Below are positions 25,642 through 37,574 of a stretch of DNA of 48,315 nt, piece by piece (position 1 is the stretch's first letter; the number at the start of each line of letters is the position of its first letter). This stretch comes from Octopus bimaculoides (lineage: Eukaryota). The notes beneath the pieces are model-generated. The model made no database searches. It was not told the DNA's origin and saw only the letters and a program-made list of their open reading frames with translations. The position numbers and the translations under genes were made by a program. The stretch lies in the NCBI RefSeq assembly GCF_001194135.2, contig NC_068998.1:41937141-41985455 (forward strand), written 5' to 3'.

Positions 25642-26153
25642 ATGCCCGGATGCAGTGCCAGGCAGTGGCTCTCATGGCTTCTGATCTTAATTGATTGGAA
25701 GTGTTATCATATCCATTGTTTTGTCTTGGTATAAAAGATGAGCTACAGCAAATATTCTGCTTAATACCACATATTTGCTTGTCACTTACTTGACCTTAAC
25801 CAGTTGAGCATGTCCCTTGGTGACTGACGATATGTGCATCTCTGATCACGAGCAGAAATAGTGGGGGGAGCATAATAGCCATGTGTTGAGAGGAATTTTG
25901 TGGGGTTTGAATTATTCACCTCTGGAAACATGGGTGTTTCCTTCAACATCCTTAAACAACCCTTATTCAGTGATCTTTTGAGCAGGATGTGCTACCCGAC
26001 TTGTTGTTTATCTTGATATGAGAACACCATGTCGTGCACATGTTTGTGAGGCATGTGCCTGGTGTAAAAACTTTTCAGATGGGTAGTCATGATGGGATTC
26101 ATATATTTGTACGGCCAGTGTCACTTTGTTGGCACGCACTGTTCTCTTACTCA
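25642..26153 (+). mobile_element. Family E repeat, apparently full length (~510 bp)
   Basis: Lies between two (AAT)n tracts; its last ~130 nt are the reverse complement of the two shorter copies; no tRNA A/B boxes and no ORF recognised; strand is inferred. Confidence 0.8.
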
Positions 26154-27563
26154 ATAATAATAATAATAAAAGTAGTAGTAGTTGCAGTAGTAACAGTAAT
26201 AGGAGTAGCATTAGCAGTAGTTGCAGCAGCAGCAGCAGCAGCAGTAGCAGTTGCAGTAATAACAGCCGCAGCGCTGAAGTTGCTTGAACGTAAGATTTTC
26301 CATCAAAACGTAATCATCCGAAGCAAACAAGGCTTAATGTCTGATTGAAACGAATCTAAGAGTTTAGATTATTTCAATTACGTTTATCTTGTATTCTTTT
26401 CTTTGTTTTAGCTATTTCTCTCTCTCATTTTTTAATTTTTTTTTTGTCTTAAGTGGTTGCAACACGTTCTAATTGTCATTATCTCTGCAACAGAACCTTC
26501 ATTAATGAAAGCATGCTAAAATAGATTAATTCTAAAGACACTTGTATTATTATGAAAGAGGCTGTGGAATTTAGCTGATGGAATTCTTGATCTGAAAGTG
26601 TTTTTAAGGTGTGGTTTGACACAATTGTAATTATCTCTTGAACAAAAATTTATTTTGTCTTCACCACAGCGACGAGGCAATGAGAAAGCGCCTATTTGAT
26701 TGCTAGAAATAGCAAGCAAGTCTATCTATCTTCTTCTTCTTCGTCTTCTTCTTCTTCTTCTTCTTCTTCTTCTTCTTCTTCTTCTTCTTCTTCTTCTTCT
26801 TCTTCTTCTTCTANNNNNNNNNNNNNNNNNNNNNNNNNNNNNNNNNNNNNNNNNNNNNNNNNNNNNNNNNNNNNNNNNNNNNNNNNNNNNNNNNNNNNNN
26901 NNNNNNNNNNNNNNNNNNNNNNNNNNNNNNNNNNNNNNNNNNNNNNNNNNNNNNNNNNNNNNNNNNNNNNNNNNNNNNNNNNNNNNNNNNNNNNNNNNNN
27001 NNNNNNNNNNNNNNNNNNNNNNNNNNNNNNNNNNNNNNNNNNNNNNNNNNNNNNNNNNNNNNNNNNNNNNNNNNNNNNNNNNNNNNNNNNNNNNNNNNNN
27101 NNNNNNNNNNNNNNNNNNNNNNNNNNNNNNNNNNNNNNNNNNNNNNNNNNNNNNNNNNNNNNNNNNNNNNNNNNNNNNNNNNNNNNNNNNNNNNNNNNNN
27201 NNNNNNNNNNNNNNNNATATATATATATATATATACATATAAATGAAACCCCGCTGTAGACTATTTATTTCTTAGTTTCCTCAGATGATAATGAAATACT
27301 GAGAAAACACACTTCCAGTTAGACACTGTTATCTTTATCACAGAGAGAGAAATGTGCCATTTGCTAAGCACTAAGCGTATTCAAAAATGAAACACGGACA
27401 CAGTCTCGGTGACATTATCAGCTGCCAGAGCTGCAAATATTTCTCATTATCCATTCAGGTCTCATAATACAGAATATCCTAGAAAACTATTACGTGTGAC
27501 GTTTTATTGAGAAGCGGAGAATTTATGAACGGCAACATTTGACGCCGCTGCCAGCGCTGATGT

Positions 27564-27610
27564 TGTTGCTGTTGTCGACATCATCATCATCATCAACATC
27601 ATCATCATCC

Positions 27611-27652
<42 letters not shown>

Positions 27653-27653
27653 A

Positions 27654-27685
<32 letters not shown>
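27564..27685. repeat. (CAT)n microsatellite
   Basis: CAT run with a few substitutions. Confidence 0.95.
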
Positions 27686-27932
27686 ACTAATATATCTGAA
27701 ATCTAGGAAAAAAGAGGTGTGCTCATAAAGAAATGGACAAAGTTTACATTACCAAATTTTGCGAAATGCATGAATACACGTAAGCACACACACACATACA
27801 CACACACAGAGGCACACAGACACACTCTCTCTCTCTCTCTCACACACACATACACACACACACATATGTATATATGTATATATTTATACATATATATATA
27901 TATTTATGTATAAATAGGTATGTGTGTATATA

Positions 27933-29125
27933 CAGGGGTTGGGCACAATAATGGAAACACCTAGCATCATAGCATCAGAATTTTGAAGTATCTATAAAAC
28001 CCTCAAAAGCTTGGTTTATTTTTACGTTTTTTGATTTATTATTAGTGTTGCTTAATATGTTTTGCTAAAATTGCTGTTCCTTTTCAGATGTCATTAGAAA
28101 CAAAAAGAGTAATTAAAATTCATTAAAATGACAGATCTATTGGACTGCTCGTTTGGCAGACGCTAGCGTGACGAAAAACAGCCGAAATATTTGGTGTATC
28201 AAGAAGTACTATCTCGAAAGTAATGACAGCCTTTGGAAAAGAGAGAAAAATCTCCACGTCGAAACAAAACTCAGGAAGAAAACCAAAACTTTCAGGTTGA
28301 GACCGTCGGACTCTTACGCGAATTGTTAGAAAGGATCACAAAAGTGCAGCTCCCAAAATTACTGCAGAGCTTCATGACCACCTTGAGAACCCAGTTTCCA
28401 CGAAAACTGTTCGCTGGGAGCTGCACAAAGCCAGATTTCAAAGGAGGGCTGCAATCACAAAACCACTACTTTCAAAAACAAACGTTGCAGAGAGTTTAGA
28501 GTGGAGTAAAAACCTACAGAATCATCCTTTACCTTATTTACAACCACTGGCTGAGTATACGTGTGAAGGACAGCCAAAAGAAGCAATTGACACAAACTGC
28601 CATCTTCCAACTGTTAAACATGGAGGAGGATCTCAGATAATCTGGGGTGGGGTATATCTTGGAAATCCGCCGGCCCAATGATTTCCCTTCATGGCAGAAT
28701 TAATAGACACGACTATTTAAGCATTTTATCCGATCGAATTTATCCTATGGATGCGGAACTGTTTCCGGAGTGAAACGCTGTCTTTCAGGATGATAATGCA
28801 CCAATTCACACAGCTAAAGCTGTTACTGAATGGCACGGGGAAAATTCTAGTCAAGTTGAACATCTTATCTGGCCACCACAGTCCCCAGATCTAAATATTT
28901 TTGAACATTTATGGTGTATTTTAGAAAAACAAGCAAGATGACGATATGTCCCCCATCATCACTACAAGAACTGGAGACTGTTTTAGCTGAAGAATGGACA
29001 AAAATGCCTTTGGAAACAGTTCAGACTTTGTACGAGTCCATACCTCGTAGAATTCAATCCTACCTCATATTAAAATGAATTTGTTTGAAATTTTAAGGTG
29101 TTTCCATTATTTTGTCCAACCCCTG
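27933..29125 (+). mobile_element. Tc1-like transposon, near complete, DD36E spacing, inactive
   Basis: 30-bp TIRs CAGGGGTTGGGCACAATAATGGAAACACCT (27933-27962 and 29096-29125, 28/30 identical); TA on the left, TG on the right; decayed transposase from ATG 28128 with [12 protein letters not shown]...[15 protein letters not shown]. Confidence 0.95.
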
Positions 29126-29141
29126 TGTATAATATATATAT

Positions 29142-29173
<32 letters not shown>

Positions 29174-29650
29174 TAATATATGTGCGCGCGTACGTGTGTG
29201 TGCACGTGTATGCTGTACTTGATACGATTACGTTGTCGTCTGAACAGCATGAATATTAAAGAGTTCTAATGACAGTTACACAATTTCACAAATATAACGA
29301 CTTCACAATACACGGAATGGAGGATGTTCCTTACATAAGTAATATGTATTCGCTGTTAAAGAAACGTGCTTTACTTCATTAAACTAAATATTATATAACG
29401 GTGGTGTTTGGTTTTAGAACATATATAAAATATACATACGACTGCGTGTGTGTGCGCGGGGGAGGTATTGATGAGAAAATGTCAGAATTTGGTGAAATAT
29501 TATTTATTGAGCGCTTTCATATCCGTGACAGTTTTGGTATAAATCTGTTCACCACTACAAACAATCCATACTGTTTTTAAACACAGTACGAAATGAGAGG
29601 AAATTCTGAAGACGACGTACCTCAGCTTCACAGCGACGCGCATCCATTCG

Positions 29651-29882
29651 TCTATTGTTTTACTTGTTTCAGCAATTTGACTGCGGCTATGCTGTACCAA
29701 ACACCTTGGAGAATTTTCCTCGAAGAAATCGACGCTAGGACTTTTATTTTTTAAGGCCCAGTACTTATTCAATCGGTCTTTTTGTCGATTTTGTAAGCTA
29801 CGGGGACATTAACACACCAATACCAGTTGTCAAGCGGTGATGGGAGACCAAACACAGACAAAACGACACACAAATATGTATA

Positions 29883-29923
<41 letters not shown>

Positions 29924-30067
29924 CGGGTTTCTTTCAGTTTCCGTCTACTACATCCACTCATAAGGACTTGGTCACCCCGCGGCTATAGTAAAAGACACTT
30001 ACCCAAAGTACCACGCCTGTGGGACTGAACCCAGAACCATGTGGCTGGAAAGCTAACGTCGTACCAC
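29651..30067 (-). mobile_element. SINE family C with an internal (TA)n linker
   Basis: Collinear with 9492-9860. Confidence 0.88.
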
Positions 30068-30950
30068 GTCTACTCCAAGGTATATCATTTCATTATATTT
30101 TTACACGCATACGTTTATGCATACGCACACAAACGCAGCCGCAGACACAGACAGAGATACAGACACACGCACATACACAGAATCGATTCTTGGCGGAGCA
30201 AGAGCAGACACATCGAGAGAAAGCGTCGCTGAAAAGGACACAGATGTATAACGAAAGTTTTCCAGACAATGGACATAAGATAAAATTAGAACAATAATAA
30301 AGTCATGAAGAACGAATGCGTCTGTTTATTTGAAAAACAAGAAAATGACCATCCCGTAATATAACAATACACACACACACATATACGTACATGTCTTAAT
30401 GATCTTTTGTGTCAAATATGAGGAACAAATTTTTTTAGTTATTAATTTGAAAAGGGCAAATTTGTTAATTATTCTAATTAAAAACAAACAATTAGGAAAA
30501 ACAAGATATATTATTAATTAGCCAAGTTAATTAACATAGGGATTTTCTGATTAACATAATTATTAATATAACTATTAACATAATATTCCTGACGGCTCAG
30601 AGAAATTCATCTATTAGATTAATTTACGACGTGTACGCAAATGCTGATAGACCACATCGAGCCTATATAAAGCAACTGTGCAAGGGCTCCGAGTGCACCT
30701 GAGAAGACCTACCACATGCAATGACGGACTGAACAAAGAAAGAGTTACGGTGATCCGCGTAATAAGTACAAACCGATGTTTATGATGATCATAAGATTAA
30801 TTTATATTAATTTGATACGTTACATATCACAGTTAAATAAATATACATTTAATTATGTTTCTCCTAATGCAACAACTGCAGAACACAAGGAATGAACTAT
30901 ATGTAAAATTTATGCCTTTCTACTTTTAGTTCAAATATAATGCTCTTGAG

Positions 30951-31318
30951 TGGAGGTGCAATGGCCCTGTGGTTAGGGCAGCAGACTCGCGGTCATAGGA
31001 TCGCGGTTTCGATTCCCAGACCGGGCGAAAACACCAAAAGCTCCACGAGACTCCAGCAAGGGATGGTGGCGAATCCTGCTGTACTCTTTCACCATAAATT
31101 TCTCTCACTCTTACTTCCTGTTTCTGTTGTACTTATATTTCAAAGGGCCAGCCTTGTCACTCTCTGTGTCACGCTGAATATCCCCGAGAACTACGTTAAG
31201 GGTACACATGTCTGTGGAGTGCTCAGCCACTTGCACGTTAATTTCACGAGCAGGCTGTTCCGTTGATCGGATCAACTGGAACCCTCGACGTCGTAAGCGA
31301 CGGAGTGCCAACAACAAT
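30951..31318 (+). mobile_element. Full-length SINE family B
   Basis: A/B-box-like head TGGCCCTGTGGTTAGG / GGTTTCGATTCCC; flanking repeat AATGCTCTTGA (30939-30949) / AATGTTCTTGA (31316-31326). Confidence 0.93.
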
Positions 31319-32229
31319 GTTCTTGAACATACATTTGACAGATAATATACAAACATGCACCTCGGTCTCACTTAGATATACGGCAATATAATAATGTATT
31401 GAAGTTTAATATCGCATTAATTAAGCTCTTATTTAGTTTGCGTAAATTTTATGATGTTTATACATTTATTTCATTTTCTTTATGAATATGATACGCATAT
31501 GTGAAATTCACAAATGTAAACTTTGTTTTTTTTATATATAAAAGTATTATAAAGCCGTTACAACCATAAACGAGCAGTTTCTAGAATGAAAGTAATCAGT
31601 TTACAAGCTTAGCAGAGGCTAATATCTTCAACTATTGTTGTTATACAACACAAGACCATGCCTGGCTCATGTACTCTATGATCAAACATTTTGTTACAAG
31701 AACAACCATGTTCATTGCGTACATATGGCTATGCTATGATACGTTGTTCAAGAAATTCTTTCACTTTCGGAGAGATTTAGTTGCTATTTCTAGCAGGTGG
31801 ACCGACCTCGTAGAAGCTCAGTTGTTGCCTTGTGTATTTTAAATTTCCCCATGACAAAAATATATATACATAAGGGCCTCCTAACGACAAGCTAAACTTC
31901 ATTTAATCAAGATACCCTTCGCCTGAAGAGGAGACTGCGGTATACACCTCGCTTGGATATTTTGCCATTTCCAAGATTCCGCTCGCTATGAAACATATGC
32001 AGCCCAGATTTTATATATTCTATTCCTTAACTCTTGGAGTTTTATTCCCATACCTGACAACTCTGGCTGTCAACCGTGAAATATAAAAAAAACATTTTTT
32101 CAGCTTATCGTACCTCGATACAAGAAAAATTCACAACCTTCTGCCCAAATGAATCAGTATTGTTCTTGAAAGTTTTCTTTTCTATTTTCTACGGATTGAT
32201 TAAAGCTTACTTTCTATTCCAATCCTTGG

Positions 32230-32276
<47 letters not shown>

Positions 32277-32724
32277 NNNNNNNNNNNNNNNNNNNNNNNN
32301 NNNNNNNNNNNNNNNNNNNNNNNNNNNNNNNNNNNNNNNNNNNNNNNNNNNNNNNNNNNNNNNNNNNNNNNNNNNNNNNNNNNNNNNNNNNNNNNNNNNN
32401 NNNNNNNNAATTAGGAACATAAAAGTTTAGTGTAATGCATGGCGTACTGCCCTGCCAGATTTTGCGCCAAGAACATCAATCGTAAATAGGAATCAATAAT
32501 AGTAAATACAGGAGATTAGCTAGTACTGAAGGCAGTGGCGGTGATGATGGTGACGGTGGTGTTGATTGATGGTGATGGTGACGGTGAGGATAATTGTGGT
32601 GGTGATGGTGGTGGCAGTGGTGTTGGTAGTTGTTTGTGGTGGTAGGCGATTTAAATGGATACAATGATTAATGTGAGAGAATGTTATAAATAACGATTTA
32701 AAAATAGATACAAGCAGATCGATA

Positions 32725-32835
32725 GATTGGCAACATTGATTGAGTCGTTGACAAACATTTTCGTTCAGATTCTGGGTTGAAATTTGATCGAGTGCAGCTT
32801 AGTCTCCTGGGGGTCAATGATAAATTAAATTAGTA
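32725..32835 (+). mobile_element. Very degraded SINE family A
   Basis: TTCTGGGTTGAAATTT and GGGGGTCAATGATAAATTAA remnants. Confidence 0.45.
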
Positions 32836-32994
32836 GTGAAGAATAAAAGGGTGAAGTTAAAAGCATTTCCCTGTCCTCTGTGCTGAGTGTATTTTGTCTT
32901 TGTTAGACAGCATTCGAAAATTTAGAGTATCCAGCGACACCTGTTGACAGAGACTGACGTCGGCAGAGCTTAACTTTTCTTGTTTCACGTCCAC

Positions 32995-33199
32995 ACAGTT
33001 CATGGTTTCGATTCCTGGACCGGGCTACGCGTTGTGTTCTTGAGTAAAACACTTCATTTCACGCTGCTCCTGTCCACTCAGCTGGCAAAACTGCGTAAAG
33101 CTGCGATGGACTGTCGTCCCGTCCAGCTGGGGAACACATGCGCCATTGAAACCGGATAACCGGGCCCATGAGCCTGGCTAGGCTATAAAAGGGTGCATT
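32995..33199 (+). mobile_element. SINE family D (B-type head with CORE-like middle; compare with OR2)
   Basis: GGTTTCGATTCCTGGACCGGG, GTTGTGTTCTTGAGTAAAACACTT and CTGCGATGGACTGTCGTCCCGTCCAG. Confidence 0.75.
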
Positions 33200-33282
33200 T
33201 ATTTATTTTATGTGTATTGTGTTTGTACATGTTCGTGCGTTTGTATGTGTATTTATGTTTGTGTTTATGGCACTCAAGTTGA

Positions 33283-33425
33283 AAGTCGCTGTTGATTTGC
33301 TTACGTCTCAGTAACTTAGCGGATCGGCGCAAGAGACCGATAGAGTAAATACTGGGCTTAAAAATAAGTTCTGGAGTCGATTTGTTCGGCTAAATCCTTC
33401 AAGGTAATGCAGTCAATTGAATAAA
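33283..33425 (+). mobile_element. SINE family C, 3' part
   Basis: AAGAGACCGATAGAGTAAATACTGGGCTTAAAAATAAGTTCTGGAGTCGATTTG matches the reverse of 29720-29790. Confidence 0.7.
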
Positions 33426-34032
33426 CAATGAGCAGTTAAATGATAAAAGATTGCAACGCAATATATTCTCACACCAATTATCTTCATCTATAATGTATGC
33501 TTTCGCTATTTGTACCTAAACTACGCTTATTTCAAACGTATTGTATGCTGAACGCCTTGCCATATAAGTGTCTTATTTTTTAAAAAGTAAGGTGTGATAG
33601 ATTATCAAAATTTCATTGCTATTTCTAGCAGGTGGAATTCCATGTAGAATTTCCTTCATTGATTTGACTCCCACAACATCTGTTGCTCCCTTGCAGACTG
33701 CATCAGTCTCGCTGTTATTTCAAACTGACTACGCCAAATAAGGTGCGACACTGCAGCATTTGCATGACTGCTGTAATGTAAATTAAATACCGTATGACTA
33801 GAACTCCATCTGCAGACCGCCAATATCTCTCCCCAGCAATATCGGGAGTAGAGAATTTTTGGAATCGATAGGGACATCGGGTACATTAATTTATGGTATT
33901 CTTTTTTTTACGGTGTGTACGTGTGTCTTTGTCATTAGATTATATCCGGCATTCATACATCCGTAATTTATCACAATGTGTGATACTGTTTCTGTTTGAC
34001 GTGAAATACATTTATGATGTACGTGTCTCTGA

Positions 34033-34125
34033 AGCAGGAGCATGGTGGAATGGGGAAAGAAGTTTGCTTCGTAGCATGGTGTCTTGAGCAGCTGTCACTT
34101 TGAATATCCTCGGGTTAACTTATAG
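34033..34125 (+). mobile_element. SINE family C head remnant
   Basis: GAAAGAAGTTTGCTTC...CATGGT resembles the family C head. Confidence 0.4.
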
Positions 34126-34204
34126 CATGTGAGGGAAATTAGGTACATGAAAGCCGTACATAGGCTACCGAGTATATTGTGCTAGCAATTTAATGGTGCA
34201 GCTT

Positions 34205-34328
34205 TGTCGCACTGTGTTACGCCTATTAAGGTTTCATGTTTCTGTGAAATCCACAGCCGTCTACATGCTAATTGAAGAGCAGGAGTTTAGTTGACCGATC
34301 AAACTAATCCTCGTCGTCATACGACGAA
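34205..34328 (+). mobile_element. Old family B-like SINE 3' remnant
   Basis: GAGCAGGAGTTTAGTTGACCGATCAAACTAATCCTCGTCGTCATACGACG resembles the family B tail. Confidence 0.6.
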
Positions 34329-35066
34329 GATCCACCGCCCCAGGTCTCCGAAGAAAATTCAACCGCTTACAGGTCAATTTCACAAACAACTGGAAGGACC
34401 TCTCCGAGGGTGACAGACGGACGGAGAGAACCATCCACCACAGCTGAATATCATACTCCGTCCGCTACCTTCCCTGCATCATCCCCCCCACTTCCTCTTC
34501 ACCGTTGTCTCTTAATCAATAATCCTAAATATGAAGCTGAGCTGCGAGAAACTTTAAATAGATACATTGATTAATCTGGATGGGTTTGCCAATAATACTT
34601 TTAAAAATTGAAAATACACACAAATCGATAACTAAAAATCAGAAATCAAAAACAAATAAATGAATATAATGAGTAAATAAATAAATAATAATTTTTATTT
34701 ATTATATCCGGCTTTTTTCTTTTTAATTGTATTTCATTTTAATATTCTTCAAAGATTTTTGTTTGTGTTTAATGGTATGACTTCAACAAAAATTCTTTGT
34801 TTAATTTATTTTTATTATGTTTTCATCATCATTCTTTTTTAGCTGCGAACTCTAATGAACAATAAATACAATGGAATATTGTATATCAAACAAGCGAGTT
34901 TAAAAATAAACAAATTCGTAACAATGATTTGCTAAACACAAATATTAGCATATTGTATATTAACACTATTACTGTGTGGGAAATATAAATGGATAATGTA
35001 ATAAGTACACGATGCGACAAAAAAAATCTTTCATATTTTATATAGCTATTATTATAAAGCTATAGT

Positions 35067-35247
35067 TAAGGCAGCGAACTGGCCGAATCATTAGCATGCT
35101 GGACGAAATGCTTAGCGGTATTTCACACGTCGCTACATTCTGGGGGTCGATAAATTAAGAACCAGTTGAACACTGGGAAGTCGATGTAATCGACATATCC
35201 TCTCACCAGAAATGACTGCCCTTGTGTCAAAATTTAAACCCATTATT
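35067..35247 (+). mobile_element. SINE family A, internally deleted, with a 15-bp target-site duplication
   Basis: ATTATTATAAAGCTA identical at 35048-35062 and 35242-35256. Confidence 0.9.
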
Positions 35248-35264
35248 ATAAAGCTACTTAAGGT

Positions 35265-35615
35265 GTTGGCATTCCGTCGCTTACGACGTCGAGGGTTCCA
35301 GTTGATCCGATCAACGGAACAGCCTGCTCGTGAAATTAACGTACAAGTGGCTGAGCACTCCACAGACACGTGTACCTTTAACGTAGTCCTCGGAGATATT
35401 CAGCGTGACAGTGTGACAAGGCTGACACTTTGAATTACAGGCACAACAGAAACAGGAAGTAAGAGTGAGAGAAAATTGTGGTGAAAGAGTACAGCAGGGT
35501 TCGCCACTATCCCCTGCCGGAGCCTCGTGGAGCTTTAAGTGTTTTCGCTCAATAAACACTCACAACGCCCGGTGTTGGAATCGAAACCGCGATCCTATGA
35601 CCGCGAGTCCGCTGC
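35265..35615 (-). mobile_element. SINE family B, head cut by the gap
   Basis: Collinear with 30951-31318. Confidence 0.93.
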
Positions 35616-36049
35616 NNNNNNNNNNCCCCCCCACACCAAAAAAAAAAATGATGCTACATGTATTTAGATAGGTAACATGTTGCCGTCTTCTATTCAGTTA
35701 CTCTCCTACCGTAACTCTTTGAGCACCATAAGTTTTTGTTTTGAAATCTTTATCAAGAATGTTAAATCTGAGGTTGTTTTTTGGTAATCCTTGTATTATT
35801 GATGTATTTTTCTGAGTGTATTTTCAACATTTTATCGTTCTGTTATTTTTCTTTCCATGTTGCTTTCTTTCTCGTTAATTTTCTGAATAGCTATGCATTG
35901 AGCACAGGAACAGCTATGGGAGCTGTCATCTGCGTGTTGACGTGTTGCTAAGAAGTGTGCTTCGAAAAGATGTGATGTTAGTGATCGATCTTTTGCGAAG
36001 AAATGTTTGACAATTGAACGCTATATTCCATAACCACGATTCGATCGGG

Positions 36050-36521
36050 GTCACTGTAATATGAAATGCAAAGTAAACACAATAGACCTGATATAATGAT
36101 GTGGGATAGAGAAGAGAAACTGTATACAGTTGTGGAAATCAGCTCCCCAGCGGATATTAAAATAAACTTGAAGATCAGTGAAAAAGAATATTTACGCGGA
36201 ACTCTTGAGAAATCTGATGTTACTCTACCCAGATTACAAGTTCAGGTTTATACCTGCAATAATTGAGGCACTGGGATATGTAACACACTGCCTAAATACC
36301 AATCTTGAGAAACTAGGCTTCTCAAATTCAGAAAGGAGAAAGCTGATTCGAAGACTACTGATCCAATCCATCACTGGAACTATAAAAATCTGTAAAACTT
36401 TCCAGAAGTTTATCATTTAAGTATATATGAGCATGTCTAGATATGCAACTCTATGCATAAGAAGACATACATAAGAAGACATACATAAAACAAAACATGC
36501 AAGCCTGCACACATACATACA

Positions 36522-36555
<34 letters not shown>

Positions 36556-36840
36556 ACATACAAATCTGCGCATACACTAACACCAAATACTGCACACACA
36601 CACACATATGCACAAATACCTAGATGATGTTGATAAAAGTTCCAATGAAGGAGCCTTGAATCTATATTAGAGTCCGGCTCTTTCTCTATGGACAAGAAAT
36701 ACAGAAATGAAACTGATTGATAACATACATACATACATAGCCTGTTGTTGATGTTGAAATTTCAATGAAGGAGTCTTGGATCTAGGTTAGAATCCGGCGC
36801 TTTCTCTATTGGCAATAAATCTCGAAATGAAACTGAATAA
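36050..36840 (+). mobile_element. R4/Dong-like RLE LINE 3' end, family X, with a duplicated 3' UTR module
   Basis: HNRPDIMMWDREEKLYTVVEISSPAD, a frameshift, then YAELLRNLMLLYPDYKFRFIPAIIEALGYV...CKTFQKFII*; modules at 36626-36720 and 36750-36840. Confidence 0.88.
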
Positions 36841-37536
36841 CGACGTACATACATACAGACATACACACGCACAGAAACATATACACACATGTACGTAAGT
36901 ATGTGTGTACTGACATAAGTACGACATGTATGTGGTTGTATTCTTTTGATTACAATGAATGCCTCTGTAGACACTAGTGGCCCGAGTGCATCAACGTGTC
37001 TCCATGACGAGCAGGAAACAAATATATAGTCAGTAGTTTGAGCATTGCAAAATACAAGAGGCTAAAAGTAAATGGTTGTATATATTACGTACACAACATT
37101 GTGTGTTTAAGACGTCTTCATCATATGATATATTAAGCAGGAATTTAATTAGGCGGAGTGAGGTAACATTCGGTTTTATAAGAAGATATTCAGAAGAGAG
37201 TATTACATTCTAAAATATCAAAAGTATTAATTTATACTGCATAACATAAGAGAATTTTTTCGGATAAACCAATATGAAGAAACAAGATGACGTCTATATT
37301 ATGTGATGAATCTCTGGGAGAAGTTTATAAATCATTCTGTAAACACGAAGATTGTCCAGCATAACTTCAGTGAAAGAGGTTTTCTATTTCAATTCAAATA
37401 TATTCGATGTAAATACATGCGCGCGCGCGTCATAAACACACACACACATACACAAGCACCACTCACATGCTACTGCGCGAGTATGCGCGAACAGATGCAC
37501 ACGTACAGCATACATTCATACATACGTATACATACA

Positions 37537-37574
<38 letters not shown>

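Noticed and set aside
30951-31025. tRNA-like heads of the SINEs as tRNA genes
   Set aside because: A/B boxes are present but there is no complete cloverleaf, and each continues into a SINE body
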